A stretch of 64,000 nt of DNA, taken from positions 9,674,001 to 9,738,000 of the forward strand of contig CM075991.1 of NCBI GenBank assembly GCA_038087875.1. Direction: 5' to 3'. Shown piece after piece: positions 12,229 to 23,850 of the stretch (position 1 is its first letter; every line of letters begins with the position of its first letter). The translations under genes and the position numbers were made by a program. Origin of the DNA: Malacoraja senta. Lineage: Eukaryota. The notes beneath the pieces are model-generated. The model had not been told where the DNA came from and ran no database searches. It worked only from the letters and a program-made list of their open reading frames with translations.

Positions 12229-14658
12229 CTGGAAAATTGAACAGAAACAATTAACTCAAATGATAATAAAAGACGACATGCAAAAAGGTTTATGTTTAAA
12301 ATGCCCAAAATGTGCCTATAATTAGATGGGAAACCAAATGTAACAAATTGATACATATCCCCAACGTAACAAAAGGGATATGTATCCCATAGGATAGGAA
12401 CAGCATATGAAGAAACATTTCAGCCCACTATGCCTGTACCAATACAATGCCAATTTAAATGGCATACCTGCCTGCACAAGATCTAAATCACCGCCATTCC
12501 CTGGCTGTTCATGTGTCTAAATAGCTCAAACATAGCTATTGCATACTAGACCAGTTACAAAAGAAAATTCCTAGACTTTATACAATTTCAAACTGTAGCT
12601 TCTCTAACTGAAAGCATAGTATCTTCAGTCTGCTGACCATTTTTGTAGAATCAGTATTACAGATAAAGAACTCCATCCCATGATATGTGATACACTAAGA
12701 AAATGAAAAATACTGCTCCAAAACTCCAGAGTAACAACATTAGTTTATTTTCCCATCACATAACAAGAGGTTGAAACTAATAGGGTAAAGTCTAAGAAAC
12801 CAATAAGGAGTTATGAATGCACATGTTGACATTTGGATTTCAGAGAAGCGCTAAGTGATCTTGAACTATAAAAAGACAGCAATGCACAACAACAGAACTG
12901 GATGTTTATTGAATACTTGAGTGGGATATTGATGGTAATAGGTCAGCTGTAGTACAACAACATTTGATATGGTGCATTCAGAGTATTAAGCAACATTTAA
13001 AAAAAATCCTGTTATTGTACATGCAGCTCTGCACAAAATGTCATTTGGCATAAAGTAATACCTGTGTCATCACATGAATGGAATAAATACATTTCAAGCA
13101 TGCATAATTTAGGCAAATTGGTGACATATCCAACTCAACATGACCAGTGAAAAAGTCTTGGATTTGTTTAATCAAACTAATCTTGCATAAAAATAACAAA
13201 AAGACCTGCCGAGTATGGATTTCACACGAAAGAAAGTTTCTTTAGTAAAAGGAGTAAGACGAAACCTCAAACAATTTTTACGCAAAACCGCATAACAGCC
13301 AATAATAAAAGGTCACGTATAGCAAATTTCAGTGATGTTCCAGAACTAATGTGAATAATAACTCCATAAAATCCTCACCAGTTTGCAATTTTTTGTGTAG
13401 TAGAGAGAAAAAAAACAAAACCAATAAAATAGTATGATCAACATATTACAGGGGATTGGTCGGGATTTTTTAATTAAAAGGCAACATAATGTACACTTCT
13501 AAGACAAGTTTTTGGTTTAAAAAAACATTAGAATTATCCTTTACAACTCAATTTTATACCAAACATGATTTATAAAAATAAATGAAATGGATTTATTCAC
13601 ACTTGAAAGAAGGAGGCTGATGGGAGAGACATGATAGAGCTTAATAAAATCATGAGGATAATCAAAAAAAAATTTCACAGGTTAGAGGAGTCTGGAAACT
13701 TAAGAGGTTAGGTTTTTCCCCAGAGGGTAGCAGATATGTGGAATATGCTGCCCGAGGAAGTAGTGGATGCAGGGACAATTACAATGTGTTAAAGACATTT
13801 GGACAGGTACTCGCATTGGAAACCTGTACAGGTCTAACGCAAATAAGAATAGTGCAGATCAGCTTCACAGTCAACCTGGATGAGGTTGGCTGAGATGCCC
13901 ATATCTGTGCTGTGAACTCTATGACCTTCAACTCGTTACAATCAAAATATATTAAACAATGTTTTTTTCTATATTACCATCCAACTCAGGAGACATACGC
14001 TACCATAGAAGATGGTGGTATCAAAGATGTGAACCACCCAAAGCATTTGGTTGGTAGAGACGTGTGATATTGTTGTGGTGGTAGTGAGCAGTTTCTGAGC
14101 ACAAAGAAAATGAGGTCATTCCTTGTTGAGTCAATATCTAAAAGTGTATAGTTCAATTCATCCCAAAATAAATAACTGAAGGGCATGAAATTAGAGAGGT
14201 GTGGAACGTAGAACCACAAAGATATTTACTGCTATCTTCCAAATGGTCAATAGGCAATGTAGTAAGTCCATGCAAGAGTTATTTTTGTCCAAAACCCAAA
14301 GAAAACAACAGGATTAACAAATGGTGCCTCTATGAAAAGATTTGCAAGTATAAAATCTGCAGCATCATGGCAACACATAGGACTTAATTCTGAGTTAAAC
14401 ACATAGTCCTAAAAGGTATTATTTTTGTGAAGTTGTCCTTTAGGAACTTAGGGCTTTTGTTTTGCATTAATATAGGGTTTTTTTGTTTTTTTGAACTGTT
14501 TTCTTTATTGTACTATCAATGAGTACTATGTTTACAGACCTGTTATGCTGCTACAAGAATTTTATTGTTCCGTTTTAGTTACATATGACAATTTCACACT
14601 CCTGACTCGTGGTAGAGTGCAGTTTCTGTAAACGTTATATTGATTTGCAATTCTTTAC

Positions 14659-14845
14659 CTGTCAGAGTGGGAGCTTCCCCGCGAACTACTCTGACCAGAT
14701 TCATGCTGAGCATCCAGAAGTATTTTTTCCATGTCTCCATCATGGATGGAGGACGATGAGGGCACATGCTCCAACCCTCCATTTCGTCCGGAGCCACTGT
14801 CATTCCCATTCCCATTGGTCTTTATGTGCAACTCCACCCAAGAAC
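14659..14845 (-). CDS. BNIP3L: BNIP3L exon 2 (LIR motif [13 protein letters not shown] segment)
   Basis: tttag|GTTCTTGG ... GACAG|gtaaag; translates [62 protein letters not shown]. Confidence 0.97.
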
Positions 14846-16599
14846 CTAAAGCAATTAAAGAAAACAAGGATAAACCTAAAATGCACATCTTTTGTCTGCT
14901 TTCTTCTTTGTTGAAGCTTAAATGCTATATTTATTCTGTTATTATCCAGTAGATGCATTTTATCTGCAAAAACTAGGCAGCAATTTTCATTGGGATATTT
15001 AGCAATGAGTAAGGTCATCTTTCTGTACACCTCATCCTTTGTAAATTTCATCATTTCCAACACATGTATTGAGTGTAATACCTTTCCATTCCCAAGACTT
15101 CTTCCAACTCCCCACAGAACATAGCCTTCTTTATGTTGTACAAGTAATAAACATTGACCTATACATTCCTACCAATTATTAAATCTCTTGCATTTGTGCA
15201 TACAGTTTCATTTTCTAGCTGTCAGGCAAGATTATTTAATAGGAATGTGCAAATTCCTTTGTGACAGCACAGTAAACACTTCAGTCACTCACTGAATTTA
15301 ACCCTGGAGGGAATGACAAGAGCTTTACAGATGTAGCCAAATGTCAGCTTCCTATTTAGCATCTGTACTCCCATAATCCAATCTCTGATCTTGCTCAGGT
15401 TTTAGGGATGACAAGCATGTTGCTTCTTCAAGGTAAATCCCAATGACGTTTGTCTAAATAGCACCAACAAAATAAGCTACATGTCCCAAGTTCCTTCACA
15501 GATCAGTTATCAAATTAAAGCTGTTACCAAAGCACACAAGGAAATGTTGGGGAGATGACAAGAAACTCAGTGAAAAGTAGATTTATTTTAAAGGCAATGT
15601 TAATAAGGTAAAGATGTGGAGAGGTTTAGGAAGGGAATTCTCAAAACGCAGGCTGTTGGCTAGAAGGTACAAAAAGGTAGAATTATTAAATCGTTGAATA
15701 AAAGGCCAGAATTATGTAACATTGTAGAGCTGGGGGTGGTTACAAAAAAATTGAAAGTGCAAAGGCAACAGAGATCTTACTGGCAAGCATGACATTTGGA
15801 GTCTGTTCCGTGAATGTGACTGCTGATTTTGTATCCTCAATATAAACCACAGCACAATTTAATCATGCCTGGGGTTATTTCAATGTATCCACACATGAAC
15901 ATAACTCTGTCAACATCGTAAACCAATTCATATGAAAAAGTTCCTCCAGCTAAGGTAATAGGGCAGATATTTTAACATGCACCTTAATGAAAAACCATGT
16001 ATAAAAAAAGACTGATTGCCTTTCCGTGGTAAAAGTACTGAGAATATCCAATAAATAAAGAGACGCTATTCAGTTAGACACATCATATCAGTTTAAAAAT
16101 AGTGCTGAAATACTTCTGTAACACGTGACATTTAAGCAGTATGCTAGTAGAGGACTGTGTACATATTTCAATTATTTTTCAGAATACTAATCTGCACGTG
16201 ATCTGAACTCAGAACTGGCTTTACTCTTTAATCTTCCCTGCCGCAGGAGAACAAAATGTTCCACACCAGCTGTTTTGCAACAACACAGATTAGTGCTACA
16301 AGACTAGCTTGTATTTCAGATAGTGTGTGTAAAAATCTATTTTGGATATTTGATAATCCCATAACACCTTCCCAACATTCATTGCACTCTCACTTCGATT
16401 GGTAGTATACTATGAATCGAGGAACCAAACAACGTTGAGAGACATTTCAATAGCCAACATTCATTAAATTAGGAGAGTGAGTAGTTAAATTCCCACTTAT
16501 AAAACCCTTACATTAATATTTAGGTTGTTTTATATTATAAATCTGAAAACCTCACATTGCCACTTATGTCTACTTGCGTCATTGCAGCCTGCATCGAGA

Positions 16600-16940
16600 T
16601 GGCACAGTGGTGCTGCAGGTATACAGCTATTACAGGTCCAGAAACCCAAATTCAACTAATGCCCACTGCCATCTGTGTGGAGTTTTCACATTCTCCATGC
16701 AACTACATGGATTTTCCCTGGATACTTCAAATTCCTCCCTCATCTCAAATATGTGCCAGTGGGTTAATTGATGCTGTAAATTGCCCCTAGATAGGTAACA
16801 CATGGAAGAATGGTGATTTTATTTTTTGGGGGGGGGGGTTAACAGACGTGTACTGGAGAATAGGTTACAGGGTGGGAAGCAGGAAAATTGGATTCTTATG
16901 GGAACCAGCATAAACGTGTTGACTGAAGGACTTCCGTTAA
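16600..16940 (+). mobile_element. Old diverged V-SINE-like copy
   Basis: Decayed TGTGTGGAGTTTTCACATTCTCC...TTCCTCCC...GTAAATTGCCCCTAG pattern. Confidence 0.55.
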
Positions 16941-18254
16941 TGCTAGAGCAAAACATGAAATTGGGAGTATTGGCACAATGTCAGGATTTCTGTTTGATCA
17001 TTGCTCTACCTGAACTGCGTTAGTCCTTATGGTTCAAACAAGTTGATTTTTTCATAGATAAAATTTGAAATAGAGTAAAAAATGGAATTAAAGCAAAGAT
17101 TGGTTTTCACTTGAAGTAGACTTATCATTTAAAATACATCTAAAAATCAACTGTAACATTAATTTATTGAAAGAACCAATGCTGGCTCTTATTTACATTC
17201 ATTATGTCAATTAGGAATCTATACAAGTTTTTTTATACATTTGAATAAACAATGAAAATTTCAGCTAGCAGGCTTTATTTTAAATGACGCTCTCTCTCTT
17301 TGGAAATCTAAGAAGAATACAGCAGATATAATCAATTCTCAGGTCTATCAGAACTGAAGCTCAAGCTAGGAAATTCCATTAATCCGGTCCTCACTGACAT
17401 TCAACCGAGATCTGCATTTGTGGTGTGGATGAAAGCAAAATTTTAGGCCAACTTTCTAAATTGTTAAGGAAATTGGAGTGACTCCAAAACAGATGGCACA
17501 CAACAACATCACAACAAGTGATGGTAACAAGTGTCTCAAAACTAAAACTAATTGCGGAGACACATTATGTATCCAGGATTCCAATCCCGGCCAAGTGAAC
17601 AAATTTCTTATTTGGAAGTGTAGTGGTGTTTTAAAATGCAATTACATGTATAGATTAAGATACCATTGCTTGATAACCATTTTAACATTAACATCAGTTT
17701 GGAAATACAAGATGATATTTATACAAGTAGATTTTAAAGTAATTCAATTACAAAGTATTCATTGTATTTTACACATTAATAAAATATGTATCTACAACAG
17801 ATTTGAGAGGAATTGCATCTCATTACACAGAGGTGACTGGGTTTTGTTTAAATATAATGTATAATCTTATAAAACCTGAAAAACAAACTGGATCACACTA
17901 CCATCTGCTAGATTACTCTGAATTTAATGTGCTTATTTCTATGCTAAAGACTGCTGCTTCCATTCCCTGTGCATCTCCTCTTTCTGGTCAGTCGTTTTGC
18001 TTCACGTTAACTACACTGGTTATTAGCTGAAAAATTAACCTATTTCTGCCTTTTAGACGTAGACAGACTCAAAGCACAGACAGATTTGGAGGTTTTCCTA
18101 GTTTTCATCTTCCACATTTAATTCTGATACAGGTTCAACATTATGCTCTCTGTTGTCAACTTTTATATAATTTACTGTGTCAGGTTGGGAGACTTTCTAA
18201 AAATAGAATTAAAACATTAAAAAACGGCTAATAGTCACGTGTCAAAGTCACATT

Positions 18255-19598
18255 CAGGGCTCACCATAGCACAGAGTCTGCCTTGTTGAAGGTACACAAT
18301 GACCTACTGCTCACCGTTGACTCCAGCGACTGTGTAATTCTGCTCCTTCTTGACCTCAGAGCAGCATTTGATACTGTCGACCACACCATCCTAATGGACC
18401 GTCTCCGGTATGGGGTTGGTATTGATGGCACTGCCCTGAGCTGGTTCATCTCCTACCTCAAAGGTAGGAGTTTCTCAACTAACATAGGCAACTCTTTCTC
18501 CTCCCCAGCTAACCTCTGCTGTGGGGTTCCACAAGGTTCCATCCTTGGCCCCATTCTCTTCTCCCTGTATATGCTCCCCTTAGGCCAAGTCATTGAAAGG
18601 CACGGCATTTCCTTCCATTACTACGCAGACGATACACAACTCTATCTCCCCCTGAAGCCCAAAAACCAATCAAATCTGCTTAACCTTACCCACTGCCTCA
18701 AGGATATAAAGTGTTGGATGGCCCAGAACTTCCTCCAACTAAACGAGAGTAAGTCTGAGGTCATCCTTCTCGGCCCCTCGGACTCGATCAAAATGATAGC
18801 AGGCAGCCTTGGAAGCCTTACCCCACTACTTAAACCTCACGTCAAAAACCCTGGCGTGATATTTGACTCAGCACTGAAATTTGACAAACAAGTCAATGCC
18901 GTGGTAAAAGTTAGCTTCTTTCAGCTTCGGAAGATAGCTAAAATAAAACAATTCCTCCAGTTTGATGACCTCGAAAAGATCATCCACACATTCATCTCCT
19001 CCCGCCTAGATTACTGCAACTCCCTTTACACTGGCATCAGCCAATCTTCCCTGTCCCGCCTGCAACTGGTCCAAAACGCTGCAGCGAGACTCCTGACGGG
19101 CACCCGAAAAAGGGACCACATCACCCTGATCCTGGCCTCTCTCCACTGGCTCCCTGTGCGGTTCCGTATAAACTTCAAGATCCTCCTCCATGTCTACAAA
19201 GCCCTCAATGGGCTTGCCCCCACCTACATTAAAAGTCTTCTCACCCACCACTCCACCTCCAGGCCCCTCAGATCGGCCGACTTGGGGTTGCTGAATATCC
19301 CACGGTCTAGGCATAAGCTCTGGGGCGACCGCGCCTTTGCGGTTGCAGCCCCTAGACTGTGGAACAGCATCCCCTTTCCCATCAGAACTGCCCCCTCCAT
19401 CGACTCTTTTAAGTCAAGACTAAAAACTTATCTATACTCCCAAGCCTTTCCTGACGTCCTCTGAGTGAGGGCTACATGTATATATGTATGTAGTTTGTTT
19501 TGTTTATGGTATTCTTATAACAAATGTAAAGCACTTTGGCCAACGAGAGTTGTTTTTTAAATGTGCTATATAAATAAATGTGACTTGACTTGACTTGA
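18255..19598 (+). mobile_element. 5'-truncated L2-clade LINE in BNIP3L intron 1 (antisense to the gene)
   Basis: Open frame HHSTESALLKV...DLRAAFDTVDH...GVPQGSILGP...YADDTQ...SRLDYCN...LHWLP...LKTYLY, then a short 3'UTR, AATAAA and a (GACTT)n tail. Confidence 0.92.
18283..19464 (+). CDS. L2 reverse transcriptase, C-terminal 393 aa (partial; ORF-track start is TTG, not a true start)
   Basis: RT motifs YADD and GVPQGS plus an L2-type C-terminus. Confidence 0.8.
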   Translation: MLKVHNDLLLTVDSSDCVILLLLDLRAAFDTVDHTILMDRLRYGVGIDGTALSWFISYLKGRSFSTNIGNSFSSPANLCCGVPQGSILGPILFSLYMLPLGQVIERHGISFHYYADDTQLYLPLKPKNQSNLLNLTHCLKDIKCWMAQNFLQLNESKSEVILLGPSDSIKMIAGSLGSLTPLLKPHVKNPGVIFDSALKFDKQVNAVVKVSFFQLRKIAKIKQFLQFDDLEKIIHTFISSRLDYCNSLYTGISQSSLSRLQLVQNAAARLLTGTRKRDHITLILASLHWLPVRFRINFKILLHVYKALNGLAPTYIKSLLTHHSTSRPLRSADLGLLNIPRSRHKLWGDRAFAVAAPRLWNSIPFPIRTAPSIDSFKSRLKTYLYSQAFPDVL

Positions 19599-19860
19599 TG
19601 CAAAAGAAATGCTTAGTGTCTTGTTTTGAAGAACCAAATATTGATTTATATGCTAAACGTTACGTAAATTCCATGCATGAGACCACTACACATCCCAGAC
19701 ACGTTCCCACTCAGATTTGAGGGAAGGATAGATGTCCCTATTACTGCCAGGCACCTTTTATTTTCTACTTGATTAACAATATATTTAAGGTTTTACTTGA
19801 TTAACAAGTTAAAAAAAAAAAAAAATTTAAAAATATTCCCCTCTGATCTACTTCGCTCAC

Positions 19861-20050
19861 CTGTCTCCCATCCCATTTCTACTGTTTTCCACATCATTCC
19901 CACTGTCCCCACATTTTCAACCCCACTCCTAATGCTTCCACCATTCCTACTGCTCCCCCTTGCTTCTCACTCTATTCCTACTGCTCCCACCATTCCCACC
20001 CCATTTCTACTTCACCCACCTGCTACCCACCGCATTCCCACCACTACCAA
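19861..20050. repeat. C-rich low-complexity repeat (CCCACCATTCC-like units)
   Basis: Strong C/T strand bias with repeated CATTCC and CTACTGCTCCC words. Confidence 0.6.
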
Positions 20051-21759
20051 AGCACTGAATTCAATTATACTTATATCTTGGATGTTGTCACAAAGAACCC
20101 TTAAAAAAAGTTTGCATTTGTCACCTGGTTTAATGCAAACAAGCTCAAAACAAGTGAAAATGTTAAACACGGGTGAAAAATATATTAATGGAGTTCCCAA
20201 TTAAGAAAGAAACAGACATAAACTAATGTATTAAAAGTAAACTTCTGTTTCCAGAAAATTACTGGGTGGTTTTCCTCAATTCAGACCCAGTTTGGCAAAT
20301 TTACAAATATTTAAAAAAAAAAATTCAAGGATAAAAGCAAAGCTGTGTCAATCCTTTTTAAAAATTGATAAATGTTTTTCTTGTTTCGAAAACTTTTAAT
20401 TACTCAAAATGCAAATATTTCTCATTAAAGTTCAAAAATTATGACTGTTTCCCTCTATGTAACCTATTATAAAAGTTACATTTAACCAGCGTACAAATTT
20501 GGTGAACATTGACCCAAACATCATTACTTCCTTTTCCTTCCTTAAGCAGTTTTAGAATTCCTCAAGAATGCCACTCACTTTCATCCAAATGTTTTCTTCC
20601 CCCAAGTGTAATCACAGCTTGCACAGCAAGTAGGACTTTTTTTGTTTACTCCAAATAGCAAATAAATACTACACAACTCAGTCTGTGTGACTATGCCTTC
20701 AAATTATATTTTTATTTAAACTAAACTTATGAGATAAGAGCTTATTTACAGGAGATAGAATATTCTAAAAATAAAGAATACGTCATTCTATAGTTTAGCC
20801 AACACTTCACTTCTCCAGTCTGTGCTGTTAACTGATCACAGACAAGGTGTTTGGGCTAACTAGTTCTTTATTATGGGTCAAAAAAACTATTCTTATTTTT
20901 TTAGATAATACCAAACTTATCAGCTGAATAATGAATGTTTATTTGCCACCACCAGCATGGCTGATGGAAAATAAAAACAGGCAATAAAAGGGTTGTAATG
21001 AGGCAATAAACGTGTTGTAACTGCTCATGTGGACCAGACTCAATGGGCCAAATGGCCTAATTCTGCTCCTCTGTCGTATAGTAATTTTGTGCACATAGTA
21101 GACATGACAGCAGAGCATTCAGAAAGGAGGAATCATATCATCTGGAGCACAAAGAGAAGCTTTGATAGAAAAGAAAACATATATAAAGAGACAATTTGGC
21201 AGTTTAATAATATATTAAATGCAGAACTGGGCTATTTAACTGTGTAGGAAGAAACTGCAGATGCTGGTTTAAACCGGATAGACACAAAATGCTGGAATAA
21301 CTCAGCGGGTCAGGCGGCATCTCTGGAGAGAAAGAATGGGTGACTTTGGGTCGAGACCCTTCTTCAATCTGAAGAAGGGTCTCGATCTGAAACGTCACCC
21401 ATTCCTTCTCTCCAGAGATGTTGCCTGTCCCGCCCGCTGTGTTACTCCAGCATCTGTGTCTATGGACTACTTATCTTTTAGGTACCCATAAGCACAAGAA
21501 CAGGTCATAAAACTGTGCCATGCAGCCAAGGCACACTTCCTGCAATATGCTAGATTTAGTGGTCAGCATTTGAAAAGAAAGGGTAAAATAAGGGTGCGAA
21601 GTCACCAACACAGTTTTTCTCCCACTCTCCCGCAGCCTAAACAAAATATGGTGATCACTGGAGTCACGGATAAAGCCAAGGAATATGTGCACAACAAATT
21701 ATAATGAGATAAATTGCCAATGTGGCAGGGGAGGAGGGTACGGAAAAAAGGACAGGACA

Positions 21760-22705
21760 TAGAACAGTACAGGACAGGAACAGTCCCTTCAGCCCAAACT
21801 GGCTGTGTCAAACATGATGCCAAACTAATCTCTGCTGCCTGCATGTGTTCCATATCCCTCCTTTCTCTCCATAGCCATCTGCCTTTCTAAAAACTTATTA
21901 AATGCCACTTTTGTATCTGTCCACTGCTCCACCCCAGGCACCACTCTGTGTAAAACTCTTGCTCCGCACATCTCCTTTAAACATTGCCCCTCTCAGCTTA
22001 AAGCTATGTTCTCTCATTTTTGACATTTCCACCCTGAGAAAATGGTTCGGTCTACCATTATCCATGCATCTCATAAATTTAACAGGTCTCCCCTTGGCCT
22101 CCCATGCTCCACAGTAAACAATCCAAGTTTGTCCAACCTGTCCTTGTAGCTAATGCCCTATAATCCAGACAGCATTTGGTAAATAGACAGGGTCTCTGTG
22201 GGAGGGATCTCTGTCCCAGCCAGCGCCTGAGGCAAAGCTCCTAAGTCGTGCACTGAGGAGCTGACCTGGATGAGGGGGGAGGGGCAATTGCCACAGTGCT
22301 CCTGAGCTACGGCCACCATTTGAATGAGATAGAGGCAATTACCATAATGGTCACCATTTGGATTAGGAAGGGAACAATTGCCACTGTGCCATTGGGCTGT
22401 GACCACCATTTGGATGAGGAGGGGTCAATTACCACAGTGGCCGCCATTCTGATGAGGAAGGGGACAGTGGCCCAGGGCTGTGGCCACCATTTGGATGAGG
22501 AGGGCGAACTCTCCCTGGTGCTCCTGGGCTGGGGCCACCATTTGGATGAGGAGGGGGGAACAATTGCCACAGTGCCCCTGAGCTGTGGCCACCACTTGCC
22601 CACAGCTGTTACTAACGTGAGCTTGATAACATCTTTCCTGCAACATGGTGCCCAGAACTGAACACAATACTCTATTAGCCTCACCAACGTCTTGTGTAAC
22701 TGCAG
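21760..22705 (-). mobile_element. Decayed CR1-type LINE fragment interrupted by a minisatellite
   Basis: 3' tail at ~21760-21860 and a KTLVRLIEYCVQFWAP peptide at 22610-22705. Confidence 0.65.
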
Positions 22706-23020
22706 TGGTGCGGACACCATTTGGATGAGGGGAGGGGGGGGAGGGGCAATTGGCATTGTATCCCTGAGCTATGGCCACCATTTGGATGAGGAGAGAGTAG
22801 TTGCCAGTGGCCCATTTGGATGAGGTAGTACAGTTGGCACTGTACCCCCCCCCCTCCCCCCTCCCCCCTCCCCCCTGAGCTGTGGCCACCATCTGGATGA
22901 GGAGTGGGGGGGGCTATTGGCACTATATTCCCCTCCCCCTCCGCGAGATAACAACTTATGAGGTGTTTGCGCAGTAATCAACCAAAACCACCACCCACCC
23001 GAGCTGTGACCACCATTTGC
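22255..23020. repeat. GC-rich minisatellite, ~40-55-bp unit
   Basis: Recurring GGCCACCATTTGGATGAGGAGGGG...ATTGCCACAGTG, roughly a dozen units. Confidence 0.85.
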
Positions 23021-23039
23021 TCCACTGTTGTTGCTCGAG

Positions 23040-23850
23040 CAGGTAGTCCCCCCCCCCCACCACACACCCCAAGTCCCGCCCTCCGCCGCCGCCCATTGGT
23101 CGGTCGCGGCAAGCACCGCGGCATGACGTAAGATCGGCGGCGTGCGATTGGCCGGCGGCGGTGTCGATCGCCCGACGTCACTTCCTGTCCAACAGGGGCC
23201 CGCCCCTGTTGCTCTTGTTGTCGTGGAGCCGGGGTGATGGGGGGGGGGGGGGAGGTGGGAACGACGCGTTTCCAATGGGAGACGAGTCGGTGCCTGACTT
23301 GAGCCCGCCGCTGAGTTGGAGACATCGATGGAAGAAAGGTGCCATTCGGACCGGTCGCCTGCTGCAGGTCAGTTCTACAATCTCTCCCCCTGCCCCCTCA
23401 GAACGGCCTGTTACTACACTCAAGTGTTGTTGTCCCCCCTCCTGTAAAGGAGGGAACTGCAGATGCTGGTTATTATGGGCACAAACAAACCGCTGGGTTA
23501 ACTCAGCGCCTGTGGAGAGAGAGAGAGAGAGAGGGAGAGAAGGAATAGGTGTCGAGACCCTGCGTCCTCCTTCCACTCACCGTTCAGAGGCGTCTCCTCG
23601 ATGGCCGGTGGTGGTGGTGATGGTGCAGCCGCCATGGAGAGCGGGCGGCCGTTAACTCCCCGTCGGCGTTTGAAATGTCCCCCCCAACTGCCGCGACGCT
23701 CGAGCTGCTGTCGCCGGATCGGCGCGCATGCGCCGGGTGGCCGGGCCCCGTGGTGGTGGTGGGGGGTGTGTGGGGGGGGGGGGGGGAGCAGGATAGTGAG
23801 ACCGACGCGATTGCGTCATCACGTCAAGAGTTGGCGCCTGGACCCGCTGA
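23040..23850. promoter_or_regulatory. CpG island / BNIP3L promoter region
   Basis: Sharp rise in GC and CpG around exon 1; GCGCATGCGC (NRF1-type) at 23724-23733; TGACGTGATGACGCAA on minus at 23811-23826; GC boxes, CCAAT and GGAAGTGACGTC at 23070-23280. Confidence 0.85.
23581..23635 (-). CDS. BNIP3L: BNIP3L coding exon 1 (MAAAPSPPPPAIEETPLN-G)
   Basis: ctccATGG start inside a CpG island; ends AAC G|gtgagt in phase 1, joining exon 2 to give LNGSWVEL. Not in the ORF track. Confidence 0.85.

Larger units (their letters stand above)
5750..23635 (-). other. BNIP3L: BNIP3L/NIX gene span (6 coding exons, 630-nt CDS, 209 aa mitophagy receptor)
   Basis: Six exons (55+187+82+107+150+49 nt) with GT-AG ends join in frame to MAAAPSPPPPAIEETPLNGSWVEL...[12 protein letters not shown]...[23 protein letters not shown]...ALGLGIYIGKRLTTSSSSTF*. 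Lies downstream of PPP2R2A on the same strand, as in human. Confidence 0.95.

Noticed and set aside
19006..19314. 102-aa minus-strand ORF (also 58639-59076 +)
   Set aside because: Antisense shadows of LINE ORFs.
22158..22923. Several overlapping 60-155 aa ORFs with repeated peptides; superficially array-like
   Set aside because: Translations of a minisatellite; there are no unique spacers or cas genes and the context is eukaryotic, so not CRISPR.
23178..23576. ORF containing PPPPPSPRLHDNKSN, reminiscent of the mammalian NIX N-terminus
   Set aside because: The prolines come from a poly-G run and no phase-1 donor precedes its stop; 23581-23635 is a much better exon 1.
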